A stretch of DNA of 64,000 nt from Candidatus Ozemobacteraceae bacterium (GTDB lineage Bacteria; Muiribacteriota; Ozemobacteria; Ozemobacterales; Ozemobacteraceae): the NCBI GenBank assembly GCA_965140445.1, contig OZ223236.1, positions 2,336,001-2,400,000 of the forward strand, given 5' to 3'. Positions 29,010 to 37,912 of this stretch are shown one piece after another. Under the pieces are notes generated by a model. The model did not search any database. It worked only from the letters and a program-made list of their open reading frames with translations, and was not told the origin of the DNA. The translations under genes and the position numbers were made by a program. The number at the start of each line of letters is the position of its first letter. Position 1 is the stretch's first letter.

Positions 29010-29897
29010 ATGAAAAATAAATCTCTGGCAACTTTTTTTACTTTTTTACTTTTACAATTTGTTTTCAGCTCTAATATTGTTTTATTTGCTGAGCAGGTTG
29101 TATCAGCTGTCGGTTCTGTTTCTGTAAGATTGCCGGGAAACCCTGAATTTCAGCCAATGAAAAAAGGGGTTGAACTCTATGTTGGAACTCTTTTTAAAGG
29201 AAATGTTGATTTTGAGAATCAAGCCGTAGCTTCATCTGCAATAGAAGTTGGGAGCCATACGATTTCAATTTATCCTGGAGCTTTGCTTAAATATTCTCTT
29301 GGGAAATTTGTTCCATTAGTTGGCAGATTTTCGATTTCAGGAAAAAAACAAACTGAGAAAATAATTTTCCAGACCGACAAGTTTGTTATGGAGATGGGGC
29401 AGGGGGAAGTCTTGCTGGAAGTAACTAAACTTGGCGGAATCTACGTAGCTGTAAAACGTAATACCGATATTTTTATTAAAGAATTTAATCGGGTTGTTCA
29501 TGAGCCTACAGCTGGAACTGAATTATTTTTTCCAATGTTCGGTGAAGTTAAAACCAGTTCCAGAATTTCAAGCCGTTGGAGAGAAACTCCGGAAGGGTAT
29601 GCAAAGGTTGATGAATTACCAGAGTCTTCTTTAGAAAAATCAGAGAAGAAAAATAAAAAACTCGAAAAACCAGTTGATATAGACAATGGTTCGGGAACTG
29701 CTGAGCTCAAAGAAGATTCCGAAGACGAAAATTTAGACCTGGATATAGAAGAAGCTGATCCAGAAGTTCTTGAAGATTCTTTAATAGAACCAGAAGAACT
29801 CGAAGAGCTTAAAAATGCTTCTGACAGTTTAAAACAGCGGGCGTTGAGCGATTTTTCTACTCCAACTGTAAGCAATGAATTGAAAACTAAAGATTAA
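29010..29897 (+). CDS. Exported protein, possibly degenerate FecR-like beta domain with acidic tail
   Basis: Signal peptide; VSAVGSVSVR...MKKGVELYVG; D/E-rich C-terminus. The FecR resemblance is tentative. Confidence 0.55.
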   Translation: MKNKSLATFFTFLLLQFVFSSNIVLFAEQVVSAVGSVSVRLPGNPEFQPMKKGVELYVGTLFKGNVDFENQAVASSAIEVGSHTISIYPGALLKYSLGKFVPLVGRFSISGKKQTEKIIFQTDKFVMEMGQGEVLLEVTKLGGIYVAVKRNTDIFIKEFNRVVHEPTAGTELFFPMFGEVKTSSRISSRWRETPEGYAKVDELPESSLEKSEKKNKKLEKPVDIDNGSGTAELKEDSEDENLDLDIEEADPEVLEDSLIEPEELEELKNASDSLKQRALSDFSTPTVSNELKTKD

Positions 29898-29926
29898 ACA
29901 AGTTTCTAACTCCATCTTATTTTTCT

Positions 29927-29953
29927 TAATATCCCAATTTTTCCTGCCGATAT
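29927..29953 (+). promoter_or_regulatory. Putative sigma28 (FliA/SigD) promoter
   Basis: TAAT-15 nt-GCCGATAT against the consensus TAAA-N15-GCCGATA(A/T). Confidence 0.65.
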
Positions 29954-29984
29954 TTTATATAGAAATCGTTTAGGAGAAAAGTGC

Positions 29985-30059
29985 ATGATCGCATTATTCT
30001 GGATACTCACAATGGTGTCTGTCGTCGTTCTTATCAAGGAGGCTAACGTAAATGGTTAA
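29985..30059 (+). CDS. Unannotated 24-aa hydrophobic microprotein MIALFWILTMVSVVVLIKEANVNG
   Basis: AGGAG RBS 8 nt before ATG. Single TM-like stretch. Below the ORF-track cutoff. Confidence 0.55.
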   Translation: MIALFWILTMVSVVVLIKEANVNG

Positions 30060-30126
30060 GCGTCTGTTTATTTTTGGTCTGGTAACAATGTTTTGGAGTT
30101 TTGTTTTGACTGGCTGTATTGGCTAG
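30052..30126 (+). CDS. Unannotated 24-aa microprotein MVKRLFIFGLVTMFWSFVLTGCIG (lipoprotein-signal-like)
   Basis: AAGGAGG RBS 9 nt before ATG. Overlaps the previous ORF by 8 nt. Basic n-region, hydrophobic h-region, lipobox LTGC. Confidence 0.55.
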   Translation: MVKRLFIFGLVTMFWSFVLTGCIG

Positions 30127-30184
30127 CACGCCCAAAAGGCAATTAGGATAAAAAAATAAGATAAATTAAGAGAAAATCAGAAAT

Positions 30185-30213
30185 AAAAAAAGCTGCCTTT
30201 CGGCAGCTTTTTT
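30185..30213. terminator. Bidirectional intrinsic terminator
   Basis: A-tract, GCTGCC-TTTC-GGCAGC, T-tract. Confidence 0.85.
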
Positions 30214-30229
30214 GTTTCAGATCAAATGG

Positions 30230-31723
30230 TTAATAACCTTTTCCTGAATCCTTTTCATTTTTAACGATGGATACGGAAGCACTGGCGCCAATTCTTGTTG
30301 CTCCAACCTGAATCATTCTTTGTGCAGTTTCGTTATCTCTGATCCCACCGCTGGCTTTAACACCCATGTGTGGTCCAACAACCGATCTCATTAAGCAGAT
30401 GTCTTCGAGTGTTGCTCCACCAGTGCTGAAACCAGTAGAAGTTTTTACAAAGTCAGCTCCTGCAAGTTTTGATAGTTCGCAAGCTTTAACTTTTTCTTCA
30501 TCATTTAACAATGAAGTTTCCAGAATTACTTTAACTGTATGACCATTCGCAGCTTCAACTACTCTGGCGATGTCATTTTTTACCGCTTCATAATCTTTTG
30601 ATTTCAAAGCTCCAACATTAATAACCATATCTATTTCGGAAGCTCCGTTAGCAATTGCATCTCTGGTTTCCATGGCTTTAGAGAAAGTTGAGGTTGCTCC
30701 TAGAGGGAAACCAACAACTGTGCAGACCATAACTGGTGAGCCTTCAAGGAGTTTTGCTGCAAGAGCAACATGCCCTGGATTAACGCAGACTGAAGCAAAA
30801 CTGTGTTTTCTTGCTTCTTGGCAAAGCTCTGTTACTTCAGCAACAGTAGCATTGGCTTTTAACAAAGTGTGATCAATAAATCTTGCTAATTCGGTGCCAG
30901 GGATTGGTGCATCGAGACCTTTTTCAATTCTTTCTGCCCCAGCTTCAATAACTTCTTTAACTTTGGAAGCGCAATTTGAAACACAGCTGCCATAAGACAT
31001 TGTGCAATTATCACTTGAAGCATTACAATCATTTTTTGCCATAGGCTTAAGCATTGGTGCTGGTTTTGCACTTGTTGCAGGCGTGGAGCAGGTTGTACAG
31101 GAAGCACATAAACCTGCGGCGCAATCAGTGCACTTGTGATTTGGGGTGATTTTCATGCTGTTGCATCTTTGGAATTCAACTCCCATGGATTCAAGCTCTC
31201 TGCGAAGAGAGTCGATCTTTTTAGCTACGCCAGCTGGAAAATATCTTGTTGCATCTATTATGGATTCATCTGTAACAACAATTTTTACACCTTCACCAAG
31301 TGCATGGCAAAAGACTCTGGTTGCATATGTGTCTGCAATTAAATTTGCAGCTTTTGAAAGTGTGTTTACTGATAAAGAAGGCACGATCAATTGTGAAACA
31401 CCTTCCAATGCTCTATGTGAAGGAACATTTTTTGAGTGAAGGAGGTTCATGCCTCCACCGATTTTTTCACAACCGTAGTTGTCATACAAATAGGAGGAAA
31501 CTATGAGTTTTCCGCTTGGTGGAACTATGCTTTTTACCTGTTCCAATACTTGATCAACAACTTTAAAATTGGCGGTAACCAAAACGGCTGTTGAACCAGT
31601 GGCTTTGGTTTGACTAAAATTTGTTTTAGCTGGTGGCGGGGTGTAAGAAGAACCGCGGTTGGCTGAATCAGATTTCAGTTTAATCATTACTTCACGTGCA
31701 ATTTGTTCTACGATAGAGTCCAT
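30230..31723 (-). CDS. deoC: Deoxyribose-phosphate aldolase fused to an encapsulation peptide, a flavoprotein-like domain and a Cys-rich linker
   Basis: C-terminal Deo[49 protein letters not shown]. Extra ~278 aa at the N-terminus. Confidence 0.9.
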   Translation of the reverse strand: MDSIVEQIAREVMIKLKSDSANRGSSYTPPPAKTNFSQTKATGSTAVLVTANFKVVDQVLEQVKSIVPPSGKLIVSSYLYDNYGCEKIGGGMNLLHSKNVPSHRALEGVSQLIVPSLSVNTLSKAANLIADTYATRVFCHALGEGVKIVVTDESIIDATRYFPAGVAKKIDSLRRELESMGVEFQRCNSMKITPNHKCTDCAAGLCASCTTCSTPATSAKPAPMLKPMAKNDCNASSDNCTMSYGSCVSNCASKVKEVIEAGAERIEKGLDAPIPGTELARFIDHTLLKANATVAEVTELCQEARKHSFASVCVNPGHVALAAKLLEGSPVMVCTVVGFPLGATSTFSKAMETRDAIANGASEIDMVINVGALKSKDYEAVKNDIARVVEAANGHTVKVILETSLLNDEEKVKACELSKLAGADFVKTSTGFSTGGATLEDICLMRSVVGPHMGVKASGGIRDNETAQRMIQVGATRIGASASVSIVKNEKDSGKGY

Positions 31724-31750
31724 TTAAGCAAGCCTCCTGCTCTGTAATAT

Positions 31751-32050
31751 TCAGGAATTTGATTTTTCATAAATTGTTTTGTCATTCATGGTTAAAGTGT
31801 CTACTATTGCTACTATGGCGGCGTCTGCAGGGGACTCTTTGGTTCCAAGCATGTCGTTAATTGAACCGCCTTCTTTATTTACTAATACAAACTCTCCGAT
31901 ATCAGTCCCCATGAAATCAACACAGAGCAGCTCTGCGCCTGTGTTTTTAAACTCCATGTTGATTGGTTGGACGAGAAGAAGTGGTCGTGAAGCAAAGGAA
32001 TCATGCTTAACCGTTGATATAACTTTTTTAACCACTTTGCCTAGTAACAT
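31751..32050 (-). CDS. Microcompartment vertex protein (BMC-P, EutN/CcmL family)
   Basis: MLLGKVVKKVISTVKH, D..G..IGEFVLV..EG, PADAAIVAIVD. Confidence 0.9.
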   Translation of the reverse strand: MLLGKVVKKVISTVKHDSFASRPLLLVQPINMEFKNTGAELLCVDFMGTDIGEFVLVNKEGGSINDMLGTKESPADAAIVAIVDTLTMNDKTIYEKSNS

Positions 32051-32051
32051 T

Positions 32052-32315
32052 TTAACCTTCTATAGAATCTACAATTCCAAGGATAGTTGCATCAGAAGGA
32101 GGTCTAACCTTTACGAATGGAAAAGACGCTTCCGCTCCACCGCAAAGAAAAACAGTTTCACCGCAGCCTGCTCCAGTCGAATCACAGGCTATAATTGGTT
32201 TCCCAATTGAATTCCCCTCATTATCGATAGGGGTTACAACAATTAGCTTTAACCCTTCTAATAAAGGGTCTTTGCAGGTGCAAACTGCTCGGCCCAAGAC
32301 TTTTCCTAGATACAT
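32052..32315 (-). CDS. Microcompartment vertex protein (BMC-P, EutN/CcmL family)
   Basis: MYLGKVLGRAVCTCKDPLLEGLKL, DSTGAGCGETV, PSDATILGIVD. Confidence 0.92.
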   Translation of the reverse strand: MYLGKVLGRAVCTCKDPLLEGLKLIVVTPIDNEGNSIGKPIIACDSTGAGCGETVFLCGGAEASFPFVKVRPPSDATILGIVDSIEG

Positions 32316-32544
32316 TCCTTATCCTTTTTATTTGACAATCATGAAAATCTACCAGAATAGGGAATCTTATGCAACTTCAAAATTACTGCTTTTGAATATA
32401 TAAACAAATCAGACTCAATTAGGCAAAGGATTGCTTACTAATATCTGAACTAACTTTGTAAAAAAATCATAAAGCAAGTCGGCTAAGAAAAGATTGTGAT
32501 TTTGTGATAAAATTTAATTCAGCCAGAAATTGAGGAGTCGTAGA

Positions 32545-33189
32545 ATGAATAAGTGGAAAGCAATATTCTGGGATTGGAACGGAACCCTTTTAAATGACGT
32601 TCAAGAATGCATTGAAATTATTAATGTTTGTTTGAAAAAAAGAAATCTTCCCGAAGTCTCTCAAAAATTGTACCTCGAAGAATTTACCTTTCCGGTTAAA
32701 AAATATTATGAAGCTATCGGTTTCGATTTTACCAAAGAAACTTTTGAAGACGCCGGCAAAGAATACATAGAAGCCTATAGTGACAAAATGTTTGATTGTT
32801 CTCTCCATTCTGGTGCGGTTAATGCTCTTAAAACTTTTAAAAGGAATGGTCATTCACAATTCGTTTTATCAGCTCTAAATTCTGAAAGTCTTCACCAGTG
32901 CATAAAAAAATTTGAGCTTGAAGAATTTTTTGAAAAAGTCCGTGGACTAGATAACAGTTACGCACACAGTAAAGTTGAACTCGGGAAGTCTCTGATAAAA
33001 GAGCTTGATATTAACCCTGGTAAGGTTCTTATGATTGGCGACACAACACATGACTTTGAAACTGCCAGCGCAATGGGAGTGGATTGTGTTCTGATAGCCA
33101 ATGGGCATAATTCCAGAAAAAGACTTGAAGAATGTGGCGTTCCGGTTTTTTCGGGCATAGAACAATTGCTAAAAGAACTGAACGGGTAG
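32545..33189 (+). CDS. HAD-family hydrolase (phosphoglycolate phosphatase-like)
   Basis: WDWNGTL motif I variant, VLSA, MIGDTTHD. ATG 32545 with GAGGAG RBS. Confidence 0.85.
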   Translation: MNKWKAIFWDWNGTLLNDVQECIEIINVCLKKRNLPEVSQKLYLEEFTFPVKKYYEAIGFDFTKETFEDAGKEYIEAYSDKMFDCSLHSGAVNALKTFKRNGHSQFVLSALNSESLHQCIKKFELEEFFEKVRGLDNSYAHSKVELGKSLIKELDINPGKVLMIGDTTHDFETASAMGVDCVLIANGHNSRKRLEECGVPVFSGIEQLLKELNG

Positions 33190-33237
33190 GGTGGTTATTA
33201 CTCTGAAAGCATCGAAGCTTGTCAGATCGGCCGTGAT

Positions 33238-33441
33238 CTAGGCGTAAATGTCTATTTTTGAACCCAAAATTTTGGTTCTGGGCTGAGGCTTTCTGGTTTG
33301 TGCATCTGCTCTTTTTTGATCAGGGGAAAGCTCTTGATAAGCTCGCGCTTGCTGATTCCGCTCAATTCCCTGTTGCCTGGAGTAATTGTTAACTTGTGAA
33401 TTATTCCTGGAAACACCTTGAGTTGCCATTTTTTTGCCCAC
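33238..33441 (-). CDS. Small hypothetical protein with C-terminal LGSKIDIYA (YjfB-like tail)
   Basis: Q/N/R-rich 67-aa ORF. The GxxIDxxA ending is seen in small motility-associated proteins. Start uncertain. Confidence 0.5.
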   Translation of the reverse strand: MGKKMATQGVSRNNSQVNNYSRQQGIERNQQARAYQELSPDQKRADAQTRKPQPRTKILGSKIDIYA

Positions 33442-33533
33442 CTTAAATCTATGTATATAAAAAATATAGTACTGAAAAAGATAAAAAGCAATACCTTCTT
33501 CAGCACTATATATTTTAGTTAGTTATTTCTCAG

Positions 33534-35234
33534 TCAGGGTTTTAATTTGTTAACAAAATGTTTTATTAATCCTGAAGTTGATGAGTCGTGATTGCTAAGA
33601 TCACAATTTTTTCCAGCAACAAGGTCGATTTCTTCCTGAAGAATCTTTTTAGCTAATACTTTTCCAAGTTCAACTCCCCATTGGTCAAAGCTGTTAATTC
33701 TCCAGATTATTCCCTGAACAAATATTTTCATTTCATAGAGTGCAGTTAGAAATCCAAGGTTAAAAGGAGTGAGCTTATTAATTAGAATAGAGTTTGTGGG
33801 TCTGTTGCCTGTAAAAACTTTATGAAGAACCAGTTCTTCAATCTCTTCTGGCGATAAATTTGAATTTTCAAATTCCGCTCTAACTTCTTTTTCAGTTTTG
33901 CCCTTCATCAAAGCTTCTGGCTGAGCAAAAAAGTTTGCCATTAATTTTATGTGGTGATCCGAAATTTTGTTATGAGTATTTATGCAGCCAATAAAGTCGG
34001 CTGGAATAAGCTTTGTCCCTTGATGAATGAGCTGATAAAAAGCGTGTTGACCATTTGTCCCCGGTTCTCCCCAGATTATAGGGCCTGTTTGGTAATCAAT
34101 TTTGTTTCCATCTCTGTCAACGCTTTTCCCATTACTTTCCATGTCACCTTGTTGAAAGTATGCTGCAAATCTATGCAAATACTGATCATAGGGAAGGATA
34201 GCCATGCTTTCTGCACCAAGAAAGTTGTTATTCCAAATCCCTATAAGTGCGAGTATAACTGGCATATTTTCAGCAAGAGGGGAATCTTTAAAATGATTGT
34301 CCAAGGCATGGGCGCCTGCCAACACTTCTTCAAAGTTCTCAAATCCAATGTTTAAAGCTATCGACAGACCTATGGCTGACCATGAAGAGTATCTTCCGCC
34401 AACCCAATCCCAAAATTCAAACATATTTTCTGCATTAATTCCGAAGGATTCTACGGCAGCTTTATTTGTAGATAATGCTACAAAGTGATTTGCGACTGCT
34501 TTTTCATCTTTTAACGCTGATAACAACCATTCTCGAGCTGTATGTGCGTTGGTCATAGTTTCCTGTGTGGTAAAAGTTTTGGAAGCTACAATGAAAAGAG
34601 TTGTTTCTGGATCAAGGTCTTTGGTTTTTTCAACAAAATCAGTTCCATCTACATTTGACACAAATACCGCTTTTGGTCCGTCTGAATAATGCTTTAAAGC
34701 TTCTGTAATCATTACTGGACCAAGGTCTGATCCGCCGATTCCAATATTTACAACGGTTTTAATGGATTTGCCTGTGAAACCTTTGAATTCACCTTTTCTT
34801 ACAGAGTTTACAAAATCCTTCATCTTGTTCAGAACTTTGTTAATCCCTGGCATTACATCTTGTCCATCAAATAAGACAGGGGTGTTGCTTCTGTTTCTGA
34901 GTGCTGAATGTAGAACCGCTCTATTTTCAGTCCAGTTTATTCTGGCACCATCAAACATTGCTTTGCTATATTCTTTGACACCTGACGCATCAGCCAGGTT
35001 TAGCAGTAGTTCCATTGTTTTTTCATTTATTAAATTTTTGGAATAATCAAGAAGGAATTCGCCCGTTTCAAGGATGAATTTATCAAAACGCTTGTTATCC
35101 TCAGCAAACATTTTTTGCATACTTGCTTCTTTCATTTCTAAAGAGTGTTTTTGAAGCGCTTGCCACTCTTCACATTCAGTTAACTTATGGCCAGCATGTA
35201 TTTTTTCATCAATTTTTGAAAGTTTTAAGCTCAT
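33534..35234 (-). CDS. pgi: Glucose-6-phosphate isomerase
   Basis: [47 protein letters not shown] 35234 with GGAGG RBS. Confidence 0.97.
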   Translation of the reverse strand: MSLKLSKIDEKIHAGHKLTECEEWQALQKHSLEMKEASMQKMFAEDNKRFDKFILETGEFLLDYSKNLINEKTMELLLNLADASGVKEYSKAMFDGARINWTENRAVLHSALRNRSNTPVLFDGQDVMPGINKVLNKMKDFVNSVRKGEFKGFTGKSIKTVVNIGIGGSDLGPVMITEALKHYSDGPKAVFVSNVDGTDFVEKTKDLDPETTLFIVASKTFTTQETMTNAHTAREWLLSALKDEKAVANHFVALSTNKAAVESFGINAENMFEFWDWVGGRYSSWSAIGLSIALNIGFENFEEVLAGAHALDNHFKDSPLAENMPVILALIGIWNNNFLGAESMAILPYDQYLHRFAAYFQQGDMESNGKSVDRDGNKIDYQTGPIIWGEPGTNGQHAFYQLIHQGTKLIPADFIGCINTHNKISDHHIKLMANFFAQPEALMKGKTEKEVRAEFENSNLSPEEIEELVLHKVFTGNRPTNSILINKLTPFNLGFLTALYEMKIFVQGIIWRINSFDQWGVELGKVLAKKILQEEIDLVAGKNCDLSNHDSSTSGLIKHFVNKLKP

Positions 35235-35494
35235 TGGCTCCTCCGCTGTTTTGGCTTTTATCAAGTCTATGATTCTAATTGGTAATTTATCCTCTGTAAA
35301 GAATTTGGTGTATCACTTAAAAAATGGTTTTAGGGGTTTCCACAGGTTGGCTACAAAATTTTAAATTTGAATTGAATTAAAAGTTGGCGAAAGCCTGATG
35401 AATAAGGGCCTGCACGAAATTAGAAAATATGGTAGAATAGTCGACTAATAAATTAGATGTTCCAATTTATTGCCTTAGATAAGGAGTTTCGTCG

Positions 35495-36388
35495 ATGCAA
35501 AAAATAGTAGCCGCAGCTGTTCAGTTTTCAGTTGAACCAATGGCCGTTGAAAGAAATATGGACAGAGCTCATGAGCTCATTTCTGAATGTCATAAGGCCT
35601 CGAATGCCAATTTGATTGTGCTTCCCGAAAGTTTTACAACAGGTTTCACCCCAAGAGGTAATTCTGAAGACCTCTGGGATGCAGTAGATTCAATACCTGG
35701 AAAACTAACTGATCGAGGTGTTGCCTGGGCGAAAGAGTTTAATTCCTACATTGTTTTTCCTACATACGAACGTGGTGAGGAAAAGGGAATTGTTTATAAT
35801 AGCGCAGCTTTAATAGGCCCTGAAGGTGTTATAGGGGTTTATAGAAAAACTCATCCTTTCCCGACTGAAAGACTCGAAGGCGGCGGATGGACCACACCAG
35901 GTTCGGATTCTTGCTGTTTTGATACCCCAATAGGAAAAATTGGCATTGTTATCTGCTATGATGGAGATTTCCCTGAATTGGCGAGAGTTACTGCCCTGAA
36001 GGGTGCAGAGGTTATTTGTAGACCTTCAGCATTCATGAGAACTTTTGATCATTGGGAATTAACAAACCGTGCGAGAGCCTATGACAATCACGTTTATTGG
36101 ATCGCTGCAAACAGCGTTGGACCAGATGCTAGTGGAGCATATTTCTTTGGTTCATCAATGATTGTACATCCAACTGGTGTAAAGCTTTCTCAGGCCAGAT
36201 CATGTGATGAATATGTGTGGGCGGATCTTGATCCAGACCCAATTAGAACCGTTGTGCCTAACGCATCTGCACCTCAATGGTTTGATCACATTGAAGATAG
36301 AAACGTAAATTCATATTCAGGAATCCTTAATCAGGGAAGGTCTTCCTTTGAACCTGCAAGAAGAATTCCATATACCAGATGGAGATAG
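35495..36388 (+). CDS. Carbon-nitrogen hydrolase (nitrilase/amidase superfamily)
   Basis: Catalytic triad E (LPES), K (YRKTHPF), C (ICYDGDFPE). Confidence 0.9.
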   Translation: MQKIVAAAVQFSVEPMAVERNMDRAHELISECHKASNANLIVLPESFTTGFTPRGNSEDLWDAVDSIPGKLTDRGVAWAKEFNSYIVFPTYERGEEKGIVYNSAALIGPEGVIGVYRKTHPFPTERLEGGGWTTPGSDSCCFDTPIGKIGIVICYDGDFPELARVTALKGAEVICRPSAFMRTFDHWELTNRARAYDNHVYWIAANSVGPDASGAYFFGSSMIVHPTGVKLSQARSCDEYVWADLDPDPIRTVVPNASAPQWFDHIEDRNVNSYSGILNQGRSSFEPARRIPYTRWR

Positions 36389-36392
36389 ATAA

Positions 36393-37577
36393 ATGTCAGG
36401 ACCACTTGAAGGATTAAAAGTCGTTGATTTAACCAGAGTTCTAGCAGGACCTTTTTGTACAATGCTACTTTCTGACCTGGGCGCGGAAGTTATTAAAATT
36501 GAGCGACCAGGAACCGGAGATGATTCAAGGGCATTTGGTCCGTATCAAAATGGCGAAAGTGCTTATTTCATGAGCATTAATCGTGGAAAAAGAAGTATTA
36601 CTCTGGATTTAAAAACCAGTGAAGGAAAAGATATTTTTCTAAAGCTGGTTAAAGACGCTGACATTCTTGTAGAAAATTTCAAACCAGGAGTTATGAAAAA
36701 GCTTGGTTTGTCTTATGAAAGACTCTCAGAAATCAACCCAAAATTGATTTATGCTGCATCCTCTGGTTTTGGGCACACTGGTCCATATAGCAGTAGACCA
36801 GCCTATGATCTGATTATTCAGGGCATGGGTGGTTTAATGAGTATCACTGGTCAGGGTGAAGGGCAACCAACCAAAGTTGGAAGTTCTATCGCAGATATTC
36901 TTTCTGGTGTTTTCACTACAATCGGAATTTTAGCAGCTTTAAATAGCAGGCATAAGTCTGGTCAGGGGCAAATGATTGATGTGGCAATGCTTGATTGTAT
37001 GGTTGCCATTCTTGAAAATGCAATTGCCAGATTTACTACAACAGGAGTTAATCCGCATCCAATTGGAAATAGGCATCCATCTATTGCGCCTTTTACGAGC
37101 GTTTCAACCTCTGACGGTAGTATTAATATTGCTTGCGGAAACGATTTGATCTGGAAGTCTCTCTGTAAGGTAATTGATAAGCCTGAATTATTTGAAGACG
37201 AAAGATTTAAAGATAATCCTTCGAGATGTGATCACATGTCTGAGCTGCTTCCAATTCTTAATGAAACCATGAGTAAAAATTCTACTGCTCATTGGTTGAA
37301 AGAGCTTGAAGAAAACAAAGTCCCGGCAGGACCAATCAATAAAATTGGTGATGTGTTATCAGATCCTCAGGTTATTGCCCGTGAAATGCTTGTGGAATTA
37401 ACCCATCCGGTTGCTGGAGTTATTAAGGTTCCAGGAATGCCGATTAAATTTTCTGAAACCAGAACCAAGCTTGAAAAAGCATCCCCTGTGCTTGGCGCAG
37501 ATAGTGAATGCATTCTCTCTGAATTAGGTTATTCGGAAAAAGAAATCGCAAAATTGCGGGATAAAAAAGTAATTTAG
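36393..37577 (+). CDS. Family III CoA-transferase (CaiB/BaiF/Frc-like)
   Basis: DLTRVLAGP, LGAEVIKIE, NRGKRS, ENFKPG, YDLIIQ, catalytic IAD. Confidence 0.93.
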   Translation: MSGPLEGLKVVDLTRVLAGPFCTMLLSDLGAEVIKIERPGTGDDSRAFGPYQNGESAYFMSINRGKRSITLDLKTSEGKDIFLKLVKDADILVENFKPGVMKKLGLSYERLSEINPKLIYAASSGFGHTGPYSSRPAYDLIIQGMGGLMSITGQGEGQPTKVGSSIADILSGVFTTIGILAALNSRHKSGQGQMIDVAMLDCMVAILENAIARFTTTGVNPHPIGNRHPSIAPFTSVSTSDGSINIACGNDLIWKSLCKVIDKPELFEDERFKDNPSRCDHMSELLPILNETMSKNSTAHWLKELEENKVPAGPINKIGDVLSDPQVIAREMLVELTHPVAGVIKVPGMPIKFSETRTKLEKASPVLGADSECILSELGYSEKEIAKLRDKKVI

Positions 37578-37661
37578 CTACAATATAAACTAGTTGCGAT
37601 TTAAAGTCGCCTATGTTATATTTTGCTGGCAAGGTTTGACGTTATTAAAACGACAACCAAT

Positions 37662-37734
37662 CGGGGCGTAGCGCAGTTGGTAGCGTACTTGACTGGGGGT
37701 CAAGTGGTCGCTGGTTCAAGTCCAGTCGCCCCGA
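37662..37734 (+). tRNA. tRNA-Pro (anticodon GGG); 3' CCA not encoded
   Basis: Cloverleaf: acceptor CGGGGCG/CGCCCCG, anticodon arm CTTGA-CTGGGGG-TCAAG, T-loop TTCAAGT. Confidence 0.95.
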
Positions 37735-37739
37735 CACTT

Positions 37740-37774
37740 AAGCAGGCTTCTCGAATGCGGGAAGCCTGCTTTTT
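37740..37774 (+). terminator. Intrinsic terminator after the tRNA
   Basis: AAGCAGGCTTC...GAAGCCTGCTT followed by a T-tract. Confidence 0.8.
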
Positions 37775-37912
37775 ATTCTCAGATCTTTTAAGTGACACAT
37801 TGTCTAATGATTAATAAAGATGAGTTTTTTAAAAGATTTCTGGACATTAAAAAAAAGTCGGCCTATTATGGTGCGACAAAGTAATAATTGATAAGGAATG
37901 AAAGGAGTAGAG

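Noticed and set aside
29981..30046. Alternative GTG ORF (MHDRIILDTHNGVCRRSYQGG) in the microprotein locus
   Set aside because: Only 4 nt from the RBS; the ATG at 29985 has better spacing and a coherent hydrophobic product.
32495..32520. TTGTGA half-sites upstream of the HAD gene as a Rex operator
   Set aside because: The second half-site is missing.
37623..37814. 63-aa ORF in the track
   Set aside because: Translation across tRNA-Pro and its terminator; spurious.
37662..37900. tRNA as a possible island integration site
   Set aside because: No integrase, no duplicated tRNA 3' end seen, and the flanks are housekeeping genes.
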